IMG/VR virus record: IMGVR_UViG_2706795248_000001 | Coordinates: 3,618 to 67,617 of that record | Source of the DNA: a virus | Taxonomy: Duplodnaviria > Caudoviricetes | Direction: 5' to 3' (one strand) | Length of the DNA: 64,000 nucleotides | Shown here: positions 48,079 to 56,091 of the stretch, piece by piece | Layout: each line of letters begins with the position of its first letter | How positions within the stretch are numbered: the stretch's first letter is position 1 | Made by a program: the position numbers and the translations under genes | The notes under the pieces: model-generated | Databases searched by the model: none | Told to the model about the DNA's origin: nothing | Seen by the model: the letters and a program-made list of their open reading frames with translations, nothing else

Positions 48079-49104
48079 TTATCCGATCTTCTTGATGCGG
48101 CAGACGGCGACCGAGCGGAAACCGCCGCCGACCTGGAGGAAGTGCAGGATGCGCAGGTCTTCCCCGTGCTCCTCGGGATCGAACTCCGCGGGAGTGATGT
48201 GCGGCGGGTACTTGCCGCCGTCGCCGTCGACGATCGCGCGGTCCAGCGAGCCCGAGAGCGCGTTGAGCCAGACGACCTCGACGCGGTTGTTGGTCTTGCG
48301 ATTGACCCCGAGCTTGGTGAGGATCTCCGCGGAGGTCAGCGGGGACGCGAACCCCGACCAGTTGCGGCTGGGGTTGGCCTGCTGGCTGCGCACCGCGGCG
48401 TAGGTGTCTTGCTGGCTCCACGTCGGGTGAACCGCGTCCTTCGGCTTCGCCTTCTCGGCGGCGGCCTGGTGCGCCTGCGCCTCGTCGGCGATCGCACGAG
48501 CCTCGACCTCGGGGACCATGCCGACGTGCTCGGGGACCGTCTTGCCGACGGTGGGCGGCACATCGTCTTCGATGGGCATGATCGCCTCCATCTCCTCGCT
48601 CGGGAGATGGTCGCCCTCGGTATGGGCGGCACTATGGGCGGCACTCTCGCTGTCGCTGTCCGTATGGGCGGCATCAGTGGGCGGCACGTCCGTATGGGCG
48701 GCACTATGGGCGGCACTGGTGGGCGGCACTGCGTCACTGTCGACGGCGTCCGGTGCCGACTCGGGCTCGTTGTCCTCGGGCTGCGGGTCGCCCGGCTGGA
48801 TGATGTGGAAGTCGTTCTCGATCTGCTCGCGCACGTCGCCGCTCTCGGGGTCCAGCACGCGCGCGTCGCCGTTGGGATCGGTGTAGGTGACCTGGTCGCT
48901 GTCGGCGTCCGGGTCGACCGCGTAGAAGGCCTTCAGCTCCTCGACGCCGATCGAGCCGAGATCGCGGCGCAGAAGGACGAACGCGAACTTCTTGTTCGTC
49001 TTCGGGTGGCCCTTAGCCGGGCTCCAGCCGTACTTCTGCGCGTGCTCGGTGATCTGCTTGGCCAGATCGAGGGCATCCTGCTGAGCTTCGCTCAACTCGG
49101 GCAT
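48079..49104 (-). CDS. Hypothetical protein, first gene of the leftward arm, with internal repeat array
   Basis: SD AAGGAG; AAHSAAHT / VPPT repeats. Confidence 0.85.
   Translation of the reverse strand: MPELSEAQQDALDLAKQITEHAQKYGWSPAKGHPKTNKKFAFVLLRRDLGSIGVEELKAFYAVDPDADSDQVTYTDPNGDARVLDPESGDVREQIENDFHIIQPGDPQPEDNEPESAPDAVDSDAVPPTSAAHSAAHTDVPPTDAAHTDSDSESAAHSAAHTEGDHLPSEEMEAIMPIEDDVPPTVGKTVPEHVGMVPEVEARAIADEAQAHQAAAEKAKPKDAVHPTWSQQDTYAAVRSQQANPSRNWSGFASPLTSAEILTKLGVNRKTNNRVEVVWLNALSGSLDRAIVDGDGGKYPPHITPAEFDPEEHGEDLRILHFLQVGGGFRSVAVCRIKKIG
48552..48728. repeat. Eight copies of TGGGCGGCA
   Basis: Copies start at 48552, 48623, 48635, 48665, 48678, 48695, 48707, 48720. Confidence 0.9.
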
Positions 49105-49162
49105 GTTGCTCCTTAAATATGTTGTTACTTAATGCATTTCATCACATCAGCGGATTTCGGCC

Positions 49163-49186
49163 GTACTCGCTTACTCGCGTACTCGG
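49163..49186. repeat. Three tandem 8-mers (G/T)TACTCG(C/G)
   Basis: GTACTCGC TTACTCGC GTACTCGG. Confidence 0.7.
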
Positions 49187-49262
49187 GGTACCGGCGGCGG
49201 GTGGTGCGGGGTGCGCGCGGGTCGGTCGGCACGGGGTCGGGCTGGGGTGTCGTGCGCGCGTG

Positions 49263-49319
49263 TCGAACTCCTGTTCGATCCGGGGGATCGAAAGTCTGTT
49301 CGATCGAAACTGTGTTCGA
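49263..49319. promoter_or_regulatory. Three actinobacterial LexA (SOS) boxes
   Basis: TCGAAC-TCCT-GTTCGA (49263-49278), TCGAAA-GTCT-GTTCGA (49288-49303), TCGAAA-CTGT-GTTCGA (49304-49319). Confidence 0.85.
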
Positions 49320-49600
49320 TTGGGTCCCGATTCTGTCCGGCCGGTTGCCCGTTCGCGCTGTGCCGCGCGAGCGCCGTATCGGGTACCCGGCGCGCTCACC
49401 CTGTCGCCGTGTGGTGCGCGTGTCTCGCGCTCCCGTGTCCGCTGTTGACTTGTCGAAGAACCTGCGCCGTTCGGCGCGATACGTGAACTGTACCCGTTAC
49501 CGGGCAACCGGCGCAACTCCGGCCGGTCGGCCGGTGTCGGTGTCGCCGTGTGTCCTGCTCATGTCCACACCGTACACACGTGCGCCGGTTGTCGCCAAAC

Positions 49601-49629
49601 TTGCGAACTAAGGCCGTAGCGCTTACTGT
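49601..49629 (+). promoter_or_regulatory. Rightward promoter TTGCGA-17-TACTGT
   Basis: Canonical spacing, upstream of 49675. Confidence 0.65.
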
Positions 49630-49674
49630 GACCTCACCGGCCGCACACGGCGCCGGTCCGATGAAAGGCCCACC

Positions 49675-50556
49675 ATGGCAACGATCCCCGCTCTTACGCT
49701 CGACGCGATCCCTCACGCCGACGCGCTCACGTACGACGACGTCGAACTGCGCGACCGGTACCCGGACAACGGTCCCGCTGTTCGCGCATTCCGTGTCACC
49801 GGTCGCCGGGTGTCCGGTGTCCTCACCGCTCGGGTCGGGTTGTCCGGCGCCGGTGCGCCGACTCACCGGGTCGACGAACCGGCGACCGGTCACCGCGGAA
49901 TGCAGGACCTCCCCATGGCGTCGTACCCGTCGGTGTCGCTCACGTTCGGGCCGCGCGCAGCGGGCAAGTTCCTCAACGTCGACGGGCATGACGCGATGTA
50001 CCCGGACCCGTTCACCGTGAACGGCCGCGCCTACTACGGGTTGCCCTCGTCGGTGACCTTCCACCCGGTCGACGTGCGCGCGCTCTACGGCGACGACGTC
50101 GACACGTCCCCGGTCGGGATCACGACGTCGAGCGCGTGGCACGGGATGACGGCCGACGAGGCTCGAAAGAGGTTGGCGCCGATCATCCATCAGGCAGGGG
50201 CACACGGGTATCTGTTCGCGAACAACGTCCCCGGGACCGACGGCCGGACGGCGTCCGGCGTATTCGAGTCGGACACCGATAGCTGGACTTACGGGACCAC
50301 CGATTCGGCGCGCGCGATCGTTCGCGCGATCGGGATCGACGTGCTGCGGATCCTGCTCGACGACGGCGTCGAGAACGATTGGTGGGACCTGATCGCCGAC
50401 GACGTCGCACGGGACCGCGACAAGGCACTCGCGGCCGCGCAGCGCTACATGGCCGTCGTCGAGGGTCACCGGGACACGCTGCGCCGGATCTCGACGGCCG
50501 CGCTCATGTCCACCGCGCCGACCGGCGGCGTCGAGGTTGTCGAGGTGACCCGATGA
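49675..50556 (+). CDS. Hypothetical protein
   Basis: 293-aa ORF behind a promoter. Confidence 0.8.
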   Translation: MATIPALTLDAIPHADALTYDDVELRDRYPDNGPAVRAFRVTGRRVSGVLTARVGLSGAGAPTHRVDEPATGHRGMQDLPMASYPSVSLTFGPRAAGKFLNVDGHDAMYPDPFTVNGRAYYGLPSSVTFHPVDVRALYGDDVDTSPVGITTSSAWHGMTADEARKRLAPIIHQAGAHGYLFANNVPGTDGRTASGVFESDTDSWTYGTTDSARAIVRAIGIDVLRILLDDGVENDWWDLIADDVARDRDKALAAAQRYMAVVEGHRDTLRRISTAALMSTAPTGGVEVVEVTR

Positions 50557-50948
50557 CCCTCACCCTCGACGCGCGCGTGATGACCGGCGCGCTGATGATC
50601 GACGTCGAGAGCGTCGGCGACACGGTCGCCACGCTCACCGCGGCCGGGTACGTCTGGCAAGTGATCGCCGATGCCGACGACACCGGCGCCGACCGGGTGC
50701 GCGTCGTGTGCCACGGTCGCCGGGTGTCGCGATTGTTCGACCGATGGCAGTACCCGCGCGCCGACGTGTGGTCGGCCGTCGGCGTCGCCGGTGTCCGGGT
50801 GCTCACCGGCGCGCAGCGCGTCGCGGTCGATCTCACCCCGGCCGGACCCGGCGCCGTATCGTTCCGCGGCCGTCGACCGCTCCCGGACGCCGAACGTCAC
50901 GCCGTCGAGAGCGCAGCGCGGCACTACGTCGTCACGGATCTCGACTAA
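50553..50948 (+). CDS. Hypothetical protein
   Basis: ATGA overlap. Confidence 0.7.
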   Translation: MTLTLDARVMTGALMIDVESVGDTVATLTAAGYVWQVIADADDTGADRVRVVCHGRRVSRLFDRWQYPRADVWSAVGVAGVRVLTGAQRVAVDLTPAGPGAVSFRGRRPLPDAERHAVESAARHYVVTDLD

Positions 50949-50983
50949 CCCTCACTCCCCTACTGACGGAACAGGATCGGACG

Positions 50984-51277
50984 ATGACAGTTACGAAACT
51001 CCCCACCGGCGCGTATGTCGGGATCGACGACGATGACCGCGCCGGCCGGATCGCCTATCTGGAGCGGCCGCGGGACCCGCGCGAGAACGGCGACCACTAC
51101 CGGACACCGGCCGGGTACGCGCGCTGTTACCGGTGCGAGAACAGCGCGACCCGGTTTGCCTATCTCGCGATTAGCTCACTGACACCGGTGTGCGCCGATC
51201 ACCTCGCGCTGCTCGTCGTCGAGCGGGACCGTTGCGGGTCGACCGTCGAACGTATCCAAACCACCGAACACAACTGA
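50984..51277 (+). CDS. Hypothetical protein with CxxC...C-x-x-H motif
   Basis: SD AGGA; CYRC...CADH. Confidence 0.7.
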   Translation: MTVTKLPTGAYVGIDDDDRAGRIAYLERPRDPRENGDHYRTPAGYARCYRCENSATRFAYLAISSLTPVCADHLALLVVERDRCGSTVERIQTTEHN

Positions 51278-51295
51278 GAGACAGGACAACTCATC

Positions 51296-52054
51296 ATGGG
51301 CACATATCCCACTATTCGCGAACAGCGCGTTATTGACCACGTCAACGCGACACGTCTCGGGAGCGTTTCGGACGACGGGCTATTGCAGCTCACCGACATC
51401 GGTTACGACGACGACAACGGCGCCGTGAGCGTCACCGTGCGGGAGTTGATCGGGCACAACGGGTGGACCTGCTCGAAACGATCGCTCGACAAGCGTATGC
51501 GCCGGTTCGCTGCGCGCTGCTCGGGATACGGGGAGCGCGCGCGGGTGTCGGTCGAGCGTCGGTGGATCGCCTACGGGTGCGACAACGTGACCTATACCGT
51601 CACCCGACCGACGACGACGACACCCGGGGAGCGCTCCCGCGCGCGGGTCGACGCGATGTTTCTCGACGCCGGGTGGCGCAGCGCGGCAAGCGACAAGCCT
51701 GGACACCCCGACGTCTACGCACGGGACACCCGCAACGGCGGTCCCCGTGCCATGGTGCAGATATACCGGGACCCGGCGCGGGGGAGGGTGACCGGCGCGA
51801 CGCTGTTCGATGACGACGGCCGCGCGTACCCGTTCCCGTCTCACGGGACGCTGCGCGCGGTGAGCGCGTACCTGCTCGGGTACCGGTGGGAGGTCACGAC
51901 GTACAACGGCGCCGTTCCGACGTTCGGGACCCGTTACGGGCCGTCGGGAACGATTGTGTTCCCGACCGAACGCGCAGCGCGGGAACACTTCAAGCGTGTC
52001 AACAGGGAACATGCGGCGACCGTGCGCCGGGTACCTCCCGCGCAGCGCGGATAG
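51296..52054 (+). CDS. Hypothetical protein
   Basis: SD AGGA, 252 aa. Confidence 0.75.
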   Translation: MGTYPTIREQRVIDHVNATRLGSVSDDGLLQLTDIGYDDDNGAVSVTVRELIGHNGWTCSKRSLDKRMRRFAARCSGYGERARVSVERRWIAYGCDNVTYTVTRPTTTTPGERSRARVDAMFLDAGWRSAASDKPGHPDVYARDTRNGGPRAMVQIYRDPARGRVTGATLFDDDGRAYPFPSHGTLRAVSAYLLGYRWEVTTYNGAVPTFGTRYGPSGTIVFPTERAAREHFKRVNREHAATVRRVPPAQRG

Positions 52055-52055
52055 T

Positions 52056-52084
52056 TTGCACGGTTGACGTTAAGCGCGTAACGT
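52056..52084 (+). promoter_or_regulatory. Rightward promoter TTGCAC-17-TAACGT with palindrome variant TTGACGTTAA (52064-52073) in the spacer
   Basis: Read directly. Confidence 0.65.
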
Positions 52085-52142
52085 ATCCCTCACACCGGGC
52101 AACGGACCCGGCCGCACCCCTCCCAGATAGGAAACGCTCGAT

Positions 52143-52799
52143 ATGCCCGCAACCGGATACCTCGGCCACAACGTCTACCGGTCGGCCGACGACCACAAAC
52201 AACCGACACCGGTTGAACTGCTCACCGGACACCGACCGCGCGCGCTGCGCCGTAACGATGAGATCGGACCCGCGATCGCTGCGCGCACCGACCCGGGCTA
52301 TCCCGCTCGGGAAGGCAGTTCCCAGGACATTCGCAACGCCGTTGCGTTCCGTACCCGCAACGGGAGCGTGTCGGCCGGGTGGATCCCCTGTCGCGAACTG
52401 TGCCGGTGGATCACGGGCCGGTACGACGGCGCGGACAACGGGTGCGCGCTCCCCGGGTCGTGGGTCCGGGAGTTGACAGAGGTCGCGTCGACACAGTTGA
52501 GCGCGTACGTCTACGTCGTGTTTTCCTACGAAACGCCGATTGCATGGCTGGACATGCGCGACACGGCGCCGGTTCCCTCCCCGCTGCTCACGGTCCCTGA
52601 TGTGCGCTACTCACTCGCCACCGGACGACACCAGACGAGCGTGCTCTCTCACCTCCCCCTAAAGCCCAACGGGGAGCGCGATTACTCGCGCAGCTACGTC
52701 ACCACCGGGCAACGCGCGACGCTCCCCGACGTCGATCCCGGGGAGGTCCGGCGCGGCCGTGGCGCGTCCCCGTTCGGACCGCGCTCGGGAGGGTACTGA
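52143..52799 (+). CDS. Hypothetical protein (YVVFSYETPIAW motif family)
   Basis: SD AGGA; motif recurrent in phage early genes (from memory). Confidence 0.75.
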   Translation: MPATGYLGHNVYRSADDHKQPTPVELLTGHRPRALRRNDEIGPAIAARTDPGYPAREGSSQDIRNAVAFRTRNGSVSAGWIPCRELCRWITGRYDGADNGCALPGSWVRELTEVASTQLSAYVYVVFSYETPIAWLDMRDTAPVPSPLLTVPDVRYSLATGRHQTSVLSHLPLKPNGERDYSRSYVTTGQRATLPDVDPGEVRRGRGASPFGPRSGGY

Positions 52800-52800
52800 C

Positions 52801-52968
52801 ATGCGCGCTACGGAACGGCGCGCGCTGCGCGCGGTGACGGCCGACGCGCTGCGCGGTCTCGTCGCGATCCCGACCGACTCCCCTCACTACTGGCAAGCGC
52901 TCGACACGCTCCACACGGCCCGCGCACACCGGCGCGCGCTGCTCACAGAACAGGACACGGAACGATGA
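52801..52968 (+). CDS. Small hypothetical protein
   Basis: SD GGAGGG; ATGA overlap. Confidence 0.6.
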   Translation: MRATERRALRAVTADALRGLVAIPTDSPHYWQALDTLHTARAHRRALLTEQDTER

Positions 52969-53450
52969 CATACCTACCCGACGCGCGCGACGTGATCGCT
53001 ACCCGGACGCTCGACCCGGTCGACGGTTTCACCCTCACCGCTTACGAGGTCCCGGATACCGACTCGACGCCGATCGGACAAGAGCTGGAGAACGGCGGAT
53101 GTTATGCGGCCGCGGATATTGCGGCATGGCGCGACGATGAATGGCAGTACGTCGGCGTCGTCGTCGTCGCGTCGCGCGCCGGGGTGAGTCTCGGGAGCGC
53201 TGCTATCTGGGGAATGGACACCGGCGACTATTGGGACGCGATCGCCCGCGCCGAGGGCCGGACGCCGTACGGTGTGCTCGACAACGTCCCTAACGCCGTC
53301 ACGACGGGACAACCGCGGGAAGACGGCGGAATCGACTACGTGACCCGGGATGACTTCGCTCACGGGTACGGCGCCGACCTGATCTCTGAAGCGCTCGACG
53401 ACGCGCGGGCAACCCTGTCGAGCGTCGTCGCCGGGGACGTGGCGCCGTGA
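52965..53450 (+). CDS. Acidic hypothetical protein
   Basis: WRDDEWQYVGVVV...AAIWG motif. Confidence 0.75.
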   Translation: MTYLPDARDVIATRTLDPVDGFTLTAYEVPDTDSTPIGQELENGGCYAAADIAAWRDDEWQYVGVVVVASRAGVSLGSAAIWGMDTGDYWDAIARAEGRTPYGVLDNVPNAVTTGQPREDGGIDYVTRDDFAHGYGADLISEALDDARATLSSVVAGDVAP

Positions 53451-54136
53451 ACATTTCGACACCCGACGGCCGCGTGATCGGCCGGGTATCGCTCACCGGC
53501 GACGACGTCACGGCCGTAGCTCACGCGATCGGCGCGGATCTCGAAACGCGTACCCGGGCACTCATCGCCGACGCTCGACGCGCAGCGATCACCACCGGGG
53601 GAGGCTGGACACCGGGACCGACGTCGAGCGACGATGACCGGCCGTCGAGCGGGAGCGTCGAGGGTCCCCGGCGCCGTCGGTGGTGGCCGTGGATCGTCGG
53701 TGTGTTCGCCGGTCTCGCGCTGCTCGGGATGATCGCCGACACCGACGAGACTCCCGCGGCCGACACCCCGGCCGTCGTCGCACCGACACCGGCGCCGCAA
53801 CCGCTCGACGCTGCGCGCGCGGTCCCGTCGGCCGACGGTTCGGTGATGGTCGGGAGCGTCGTCGTCGACAACGTCTATGAACCGTCGTCGCCGCTGCGCA
53901 AACGGTTCGCCGGTGTCATCGTGAGCTACGGCGCCACGGGCACACACGGGAGCGAACTAGACGCGAACCTGCGCGACGGCGTCGCTTTCTGTCGGGATCT
54001 CGCGGCCGGTCGCACCATGGCGCAGCGTCATGCGTCGATCGTCACCGGTGTCCCGGCCGACGGTTACGGGGATCTCGGGACCCAACGTCGCGCGGTGGTT
54101 GTCGCCGCGCTCTCGACGCTGTGCCCTGCACTGTAA
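53447..54136 (+). CDS. Membrane-anchored protein
   Basis: RRRWWPWIVGVFAGLALLGMIA TM, Pro/Ala linker, C-terminal C...C domain. Confidence 0.75.
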   Translation: MNISTPDGRVIGRVSLTGDDVTAVAHAIGADLETRTRALIADARRAAITTGGGWTPGPTSSDDDRPSSGSVEGPRRRRWWPWIVGVFAGLALLGMIADTDETPAADTPAVVAPTPAPQPLDAARAVPSADGSVMVGSVVVDNVYEPSSPLRKRFAGVIVSYGATGTHGSELDANLRDGVAFCRDLAAGRTMAQRHASIVTGVPADGYGDLGTQRRAVVVAALSTLCPAL

Positions 54137-54164
54137 ACCTCACTCACACAAAAGGATTGAACCA

Positions 54165-54671
54165 ATGTATCTCTCGCCCGGAAGTACCAACTACCTCACT
54201 CTTGACGACGTCGTGACGTTTCTCGATCACGGTCCGACACCCGTGTCGCGCAGTGCGACCGGATACGGCGAGCGCGCACTATCGGTGCGGCTGCGCTGCG
54301 CCGTCGGCGATGATCCTCGCGCAGTGATCCGGCGCGTCTATGTCCTGAACTATGGCAACGGTGGTGCGACACCGTACGTGTACGGCCGCGTGAGCGGTGG
54401 TGAGCGGGTGAGGTTCTATCTCGATCCTCACGTTCTCGCGTGGATCCAATCGCTGCGCGACACCGCGGGTCCGGTGCCGGTGAGTCTCGCCGACGTGCGC
54501 AGCGCAGCGCTACGGGACGCGCGACTGGTCGACGCCGGACAGGGTTACGGGTACGCGCAGCGGTTAGGTGAGGGTGGCGCACCCCGTCGGCCGCTGCGCA
54601 TCGCGAACTGTCGATCGACCGGGACCGCACGTACCCGGACGGTCTCGGGTGGCGGACACGCTGCGACGTGA
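54165..54671 (+). CDS. Hypothetical protein (SATGYG...RRVYVLNYGN motif)
   Basis: SD AAAGGA before ATG 54165. Confidence 0.75.
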   Translation: MYLSPGSTNYLTLDDVVTFLDHGPTPVSRSATGYGERALSVRLRCAVGDDPRAVIRRVYVLNYGNGGATPYVYGRVSGGERVRFYLDPHVLAWIQSLRDTAGPVPVSLADVRSAALRDARLVDAGQGYGYAQRLGEGGAPRRPLRIANCRSTGTARTRTVSGGGHAAT

Positions 54672-54811
54672 ACGGGACCCGTCACCACCGCACCATGGGG
54701 GACGTGATCGCCTATCTCGCATGGTGGGCCGAACGGTACGGATACACCACGCCGGACGTCGCGCCGGTGACGCTCACCCTGTTCAACGGCGGTCACACGG
54801 TCGCCGTCTAG
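54668..54811 (+). CDS. 47-aa microprotein
   Basis: Translated by hand; GTGA overlap. Confidence 0.5.
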   Translation: MNGTRHHRTMGDVIAYLAWWAERYGYTTPDVAPVTLTLFNGGHTVAV

Positions 54812-54878
54812 CTCACCCCTCGCGCTCCCGGTCACCACGGCCGGGAGCGTTTCATCTCTCACAGAAACGGATCTCACC

Positions 54879-55148
54879 ATGCCCAGTACCAACGGAATCA
54901 TCACGAAAGTCGATCGGCTCACCCGGGCGAACACTCTTGCGCTGGAAGAAGCGATTACGCGCGGGTATCTCGACGGCGACCGGTGCGACGTCGGGCTGAC
55001 AGTCGCGACGTTCTGGGATGCCACCGCGGCCGACGCTCTCGCGCTGCTCGACGCTGCTCGGGAGGGTCTCGCGCGCGACCATGGCACCCGGGGACACCCG
55101 GTAGCGTCCCTCCCGGCCGTGCGCCGTAAGTTGGTCGCGCTGCTGTAG
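54879..55148 (+). CDS. Hypothetical protein, last gene before predicted right end
   Basis: ORF followed by terminator. Confidence 0.7.
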   Translation: MPSTNGIITKVDRLTRANTLALEEAITRGYLDGDRCDVGLTVATFWDATAADALALLDAAREGLARDHGTRGHPVASLPAVRRKLVALL

Positions 55149-55191
55149 TTCCCGGCGCATCGGGTGAGTACTCCCCGACGTTGGATGACCA

Positions 55192-55224
55192 GACACCCCG
55201 TCACTCCCATGGTGGCGGGGTGTT
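55192..55224 (+). terminator. Hairpin terminator
   Basis: GACACCCCGTCAC / GTGGCGGGGTGTT. Confidence 0.7.
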
Positions 55225-55360
55225 GTCGTGTGTGCGCCTGTTGGTGTGCGCCTGTTGGTGGTCGGCCGTCTGTGTCCATCTCAGCGCGAGTAGGGGTGTC
55301 TGGGGAGGGGTGTCTATACGGCGTCGATCTCAGGGCATCGCACGATTGGAACGTTTCGCC

Positions 55361-55690
55361 AAAAATTTCACATATGCAAGGCTTGATATAGGTAAGTGTA
55401 TGTACAGGGAATCGAAAATAATTATTTCTAGAATATATTTATTTATTCCTCCTAGATATATATATATATATATATGTATTAGGCATTGTAATAGGCATAG
55501 GGGTAGGGGTCCTATATAGGGGTATATGTGCATATTCATATATATGTGTATGTTCTAGATATATTTGTATGAATAATTACAGAATAAATATGAGAATGAA
55601 TTAATCAATTGATGTCAATCGAACAAACTAATTGTGTGTATGTGATGAGTGTCAATGATGAGAATGGATGATCACTATGCGTGGTGTGTG
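55361..55690. other. Very AT-rich non-coding island with (AT)10 microsatellite at 55456-55475
   Basis: Abrupt shift from high GC to long A/T runs; direct repeat TTCTAGA(A)TATATTT at 55426 and 55553. Confidence 0.95.
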
Positions 55691-55960
55691 TACTGGGGAG
55701 TGTAGGAATTGTGCGAAAAATGGTGATGCATGGGTATGTATGCCATGGGGTGATGGTCGGTGATGAGAGCGTGCGATGTGTTGGTGTGGTGTGTGCTGTG
55801 TGGCCGTGGTGTGTGGTGGCTGTGCGGGATCGGGGTGCGCATGGTGGCGTGGTGTGGCTGTGTGCGCCGTGTGTGGCCTCGTATGCCTGCTCGACGTCGT
55901 GTGTGCGTGGCTGTGATTCGTGCGCTGTGCGTGGCTGTGAGCTGCGACTATGGCCGTGGG
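55690..55960. repeat. GT-rich, strand-biased low-complexity tract
   Basis: Dense GTGTG / GTGG / TGTGCG words on the + strand. Confidence 0.85.
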
Positions 55961-56017
55961 GAGCGCGTCGGAGACCCCCGGGGGTGTCACCCCTCCCCCT
56001 GCCTCCGGCCAGGGGCC

Positions 56018-56027
56018 CGCCGCGTAC
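56018..56027 (+). other. Candidate cos 3' overhang CGCCGCGTAC (physical genome end)
   Basis: Upstream ACCCCCGGGGGT palindrome and C-rich tract, downstream TG..., directly before HNH-terS; matches my recollection of a Gordonia cluster CR overhang (unverified). Confidence 0.6.
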
Positions 56028-56076
56028 TGTCCTCGAACGCCTGTGCGAGTCTGGGGGTAAACTCGTATATGTTTTC

Positions 56077-56085
56077 TGCTACAGT
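56077..56085 (+). promoter_or_regulatory. Extended -10 TG-c-TACAGT, 6 nt before GTG 56092 (leaderless)
   Basis: Read directly. Confidence 0.6.
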
Positions 56086-56091
56086 CTGCTC

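Noticed and set aside
49142-49516. Minus-strand ORF across the SOS boxes (IEQEF-like motif)
   Set aside because: Low-complexity Arg/Pro/Ala translation; the motif simply reflects the LexA box sequence
49440-49600. PafBC/ClpR-type (RecA-NDp) DNA-damage promoter
   Set aside because: TTGTCG/TGTCGG words present but no correctly spaced TAnnnT
55290-55525. G-quadruplex from GGGG runs
   Set aside because: Only three closely spaced G-runs per cluster
55330-55539. Tyr/Ile-rich ORFs in the AT island
   Set aside because: Products of the (AT)n repeat; no SD and atypical codon use
56033-56048. Fourth SOS-like box TCGAAC-GCCT-GTGCGA
   Set aside because: Mismatch in the invariant GTTC core and adjacent to cos, so more likely part of the packaging signal; include it in a matrix scan
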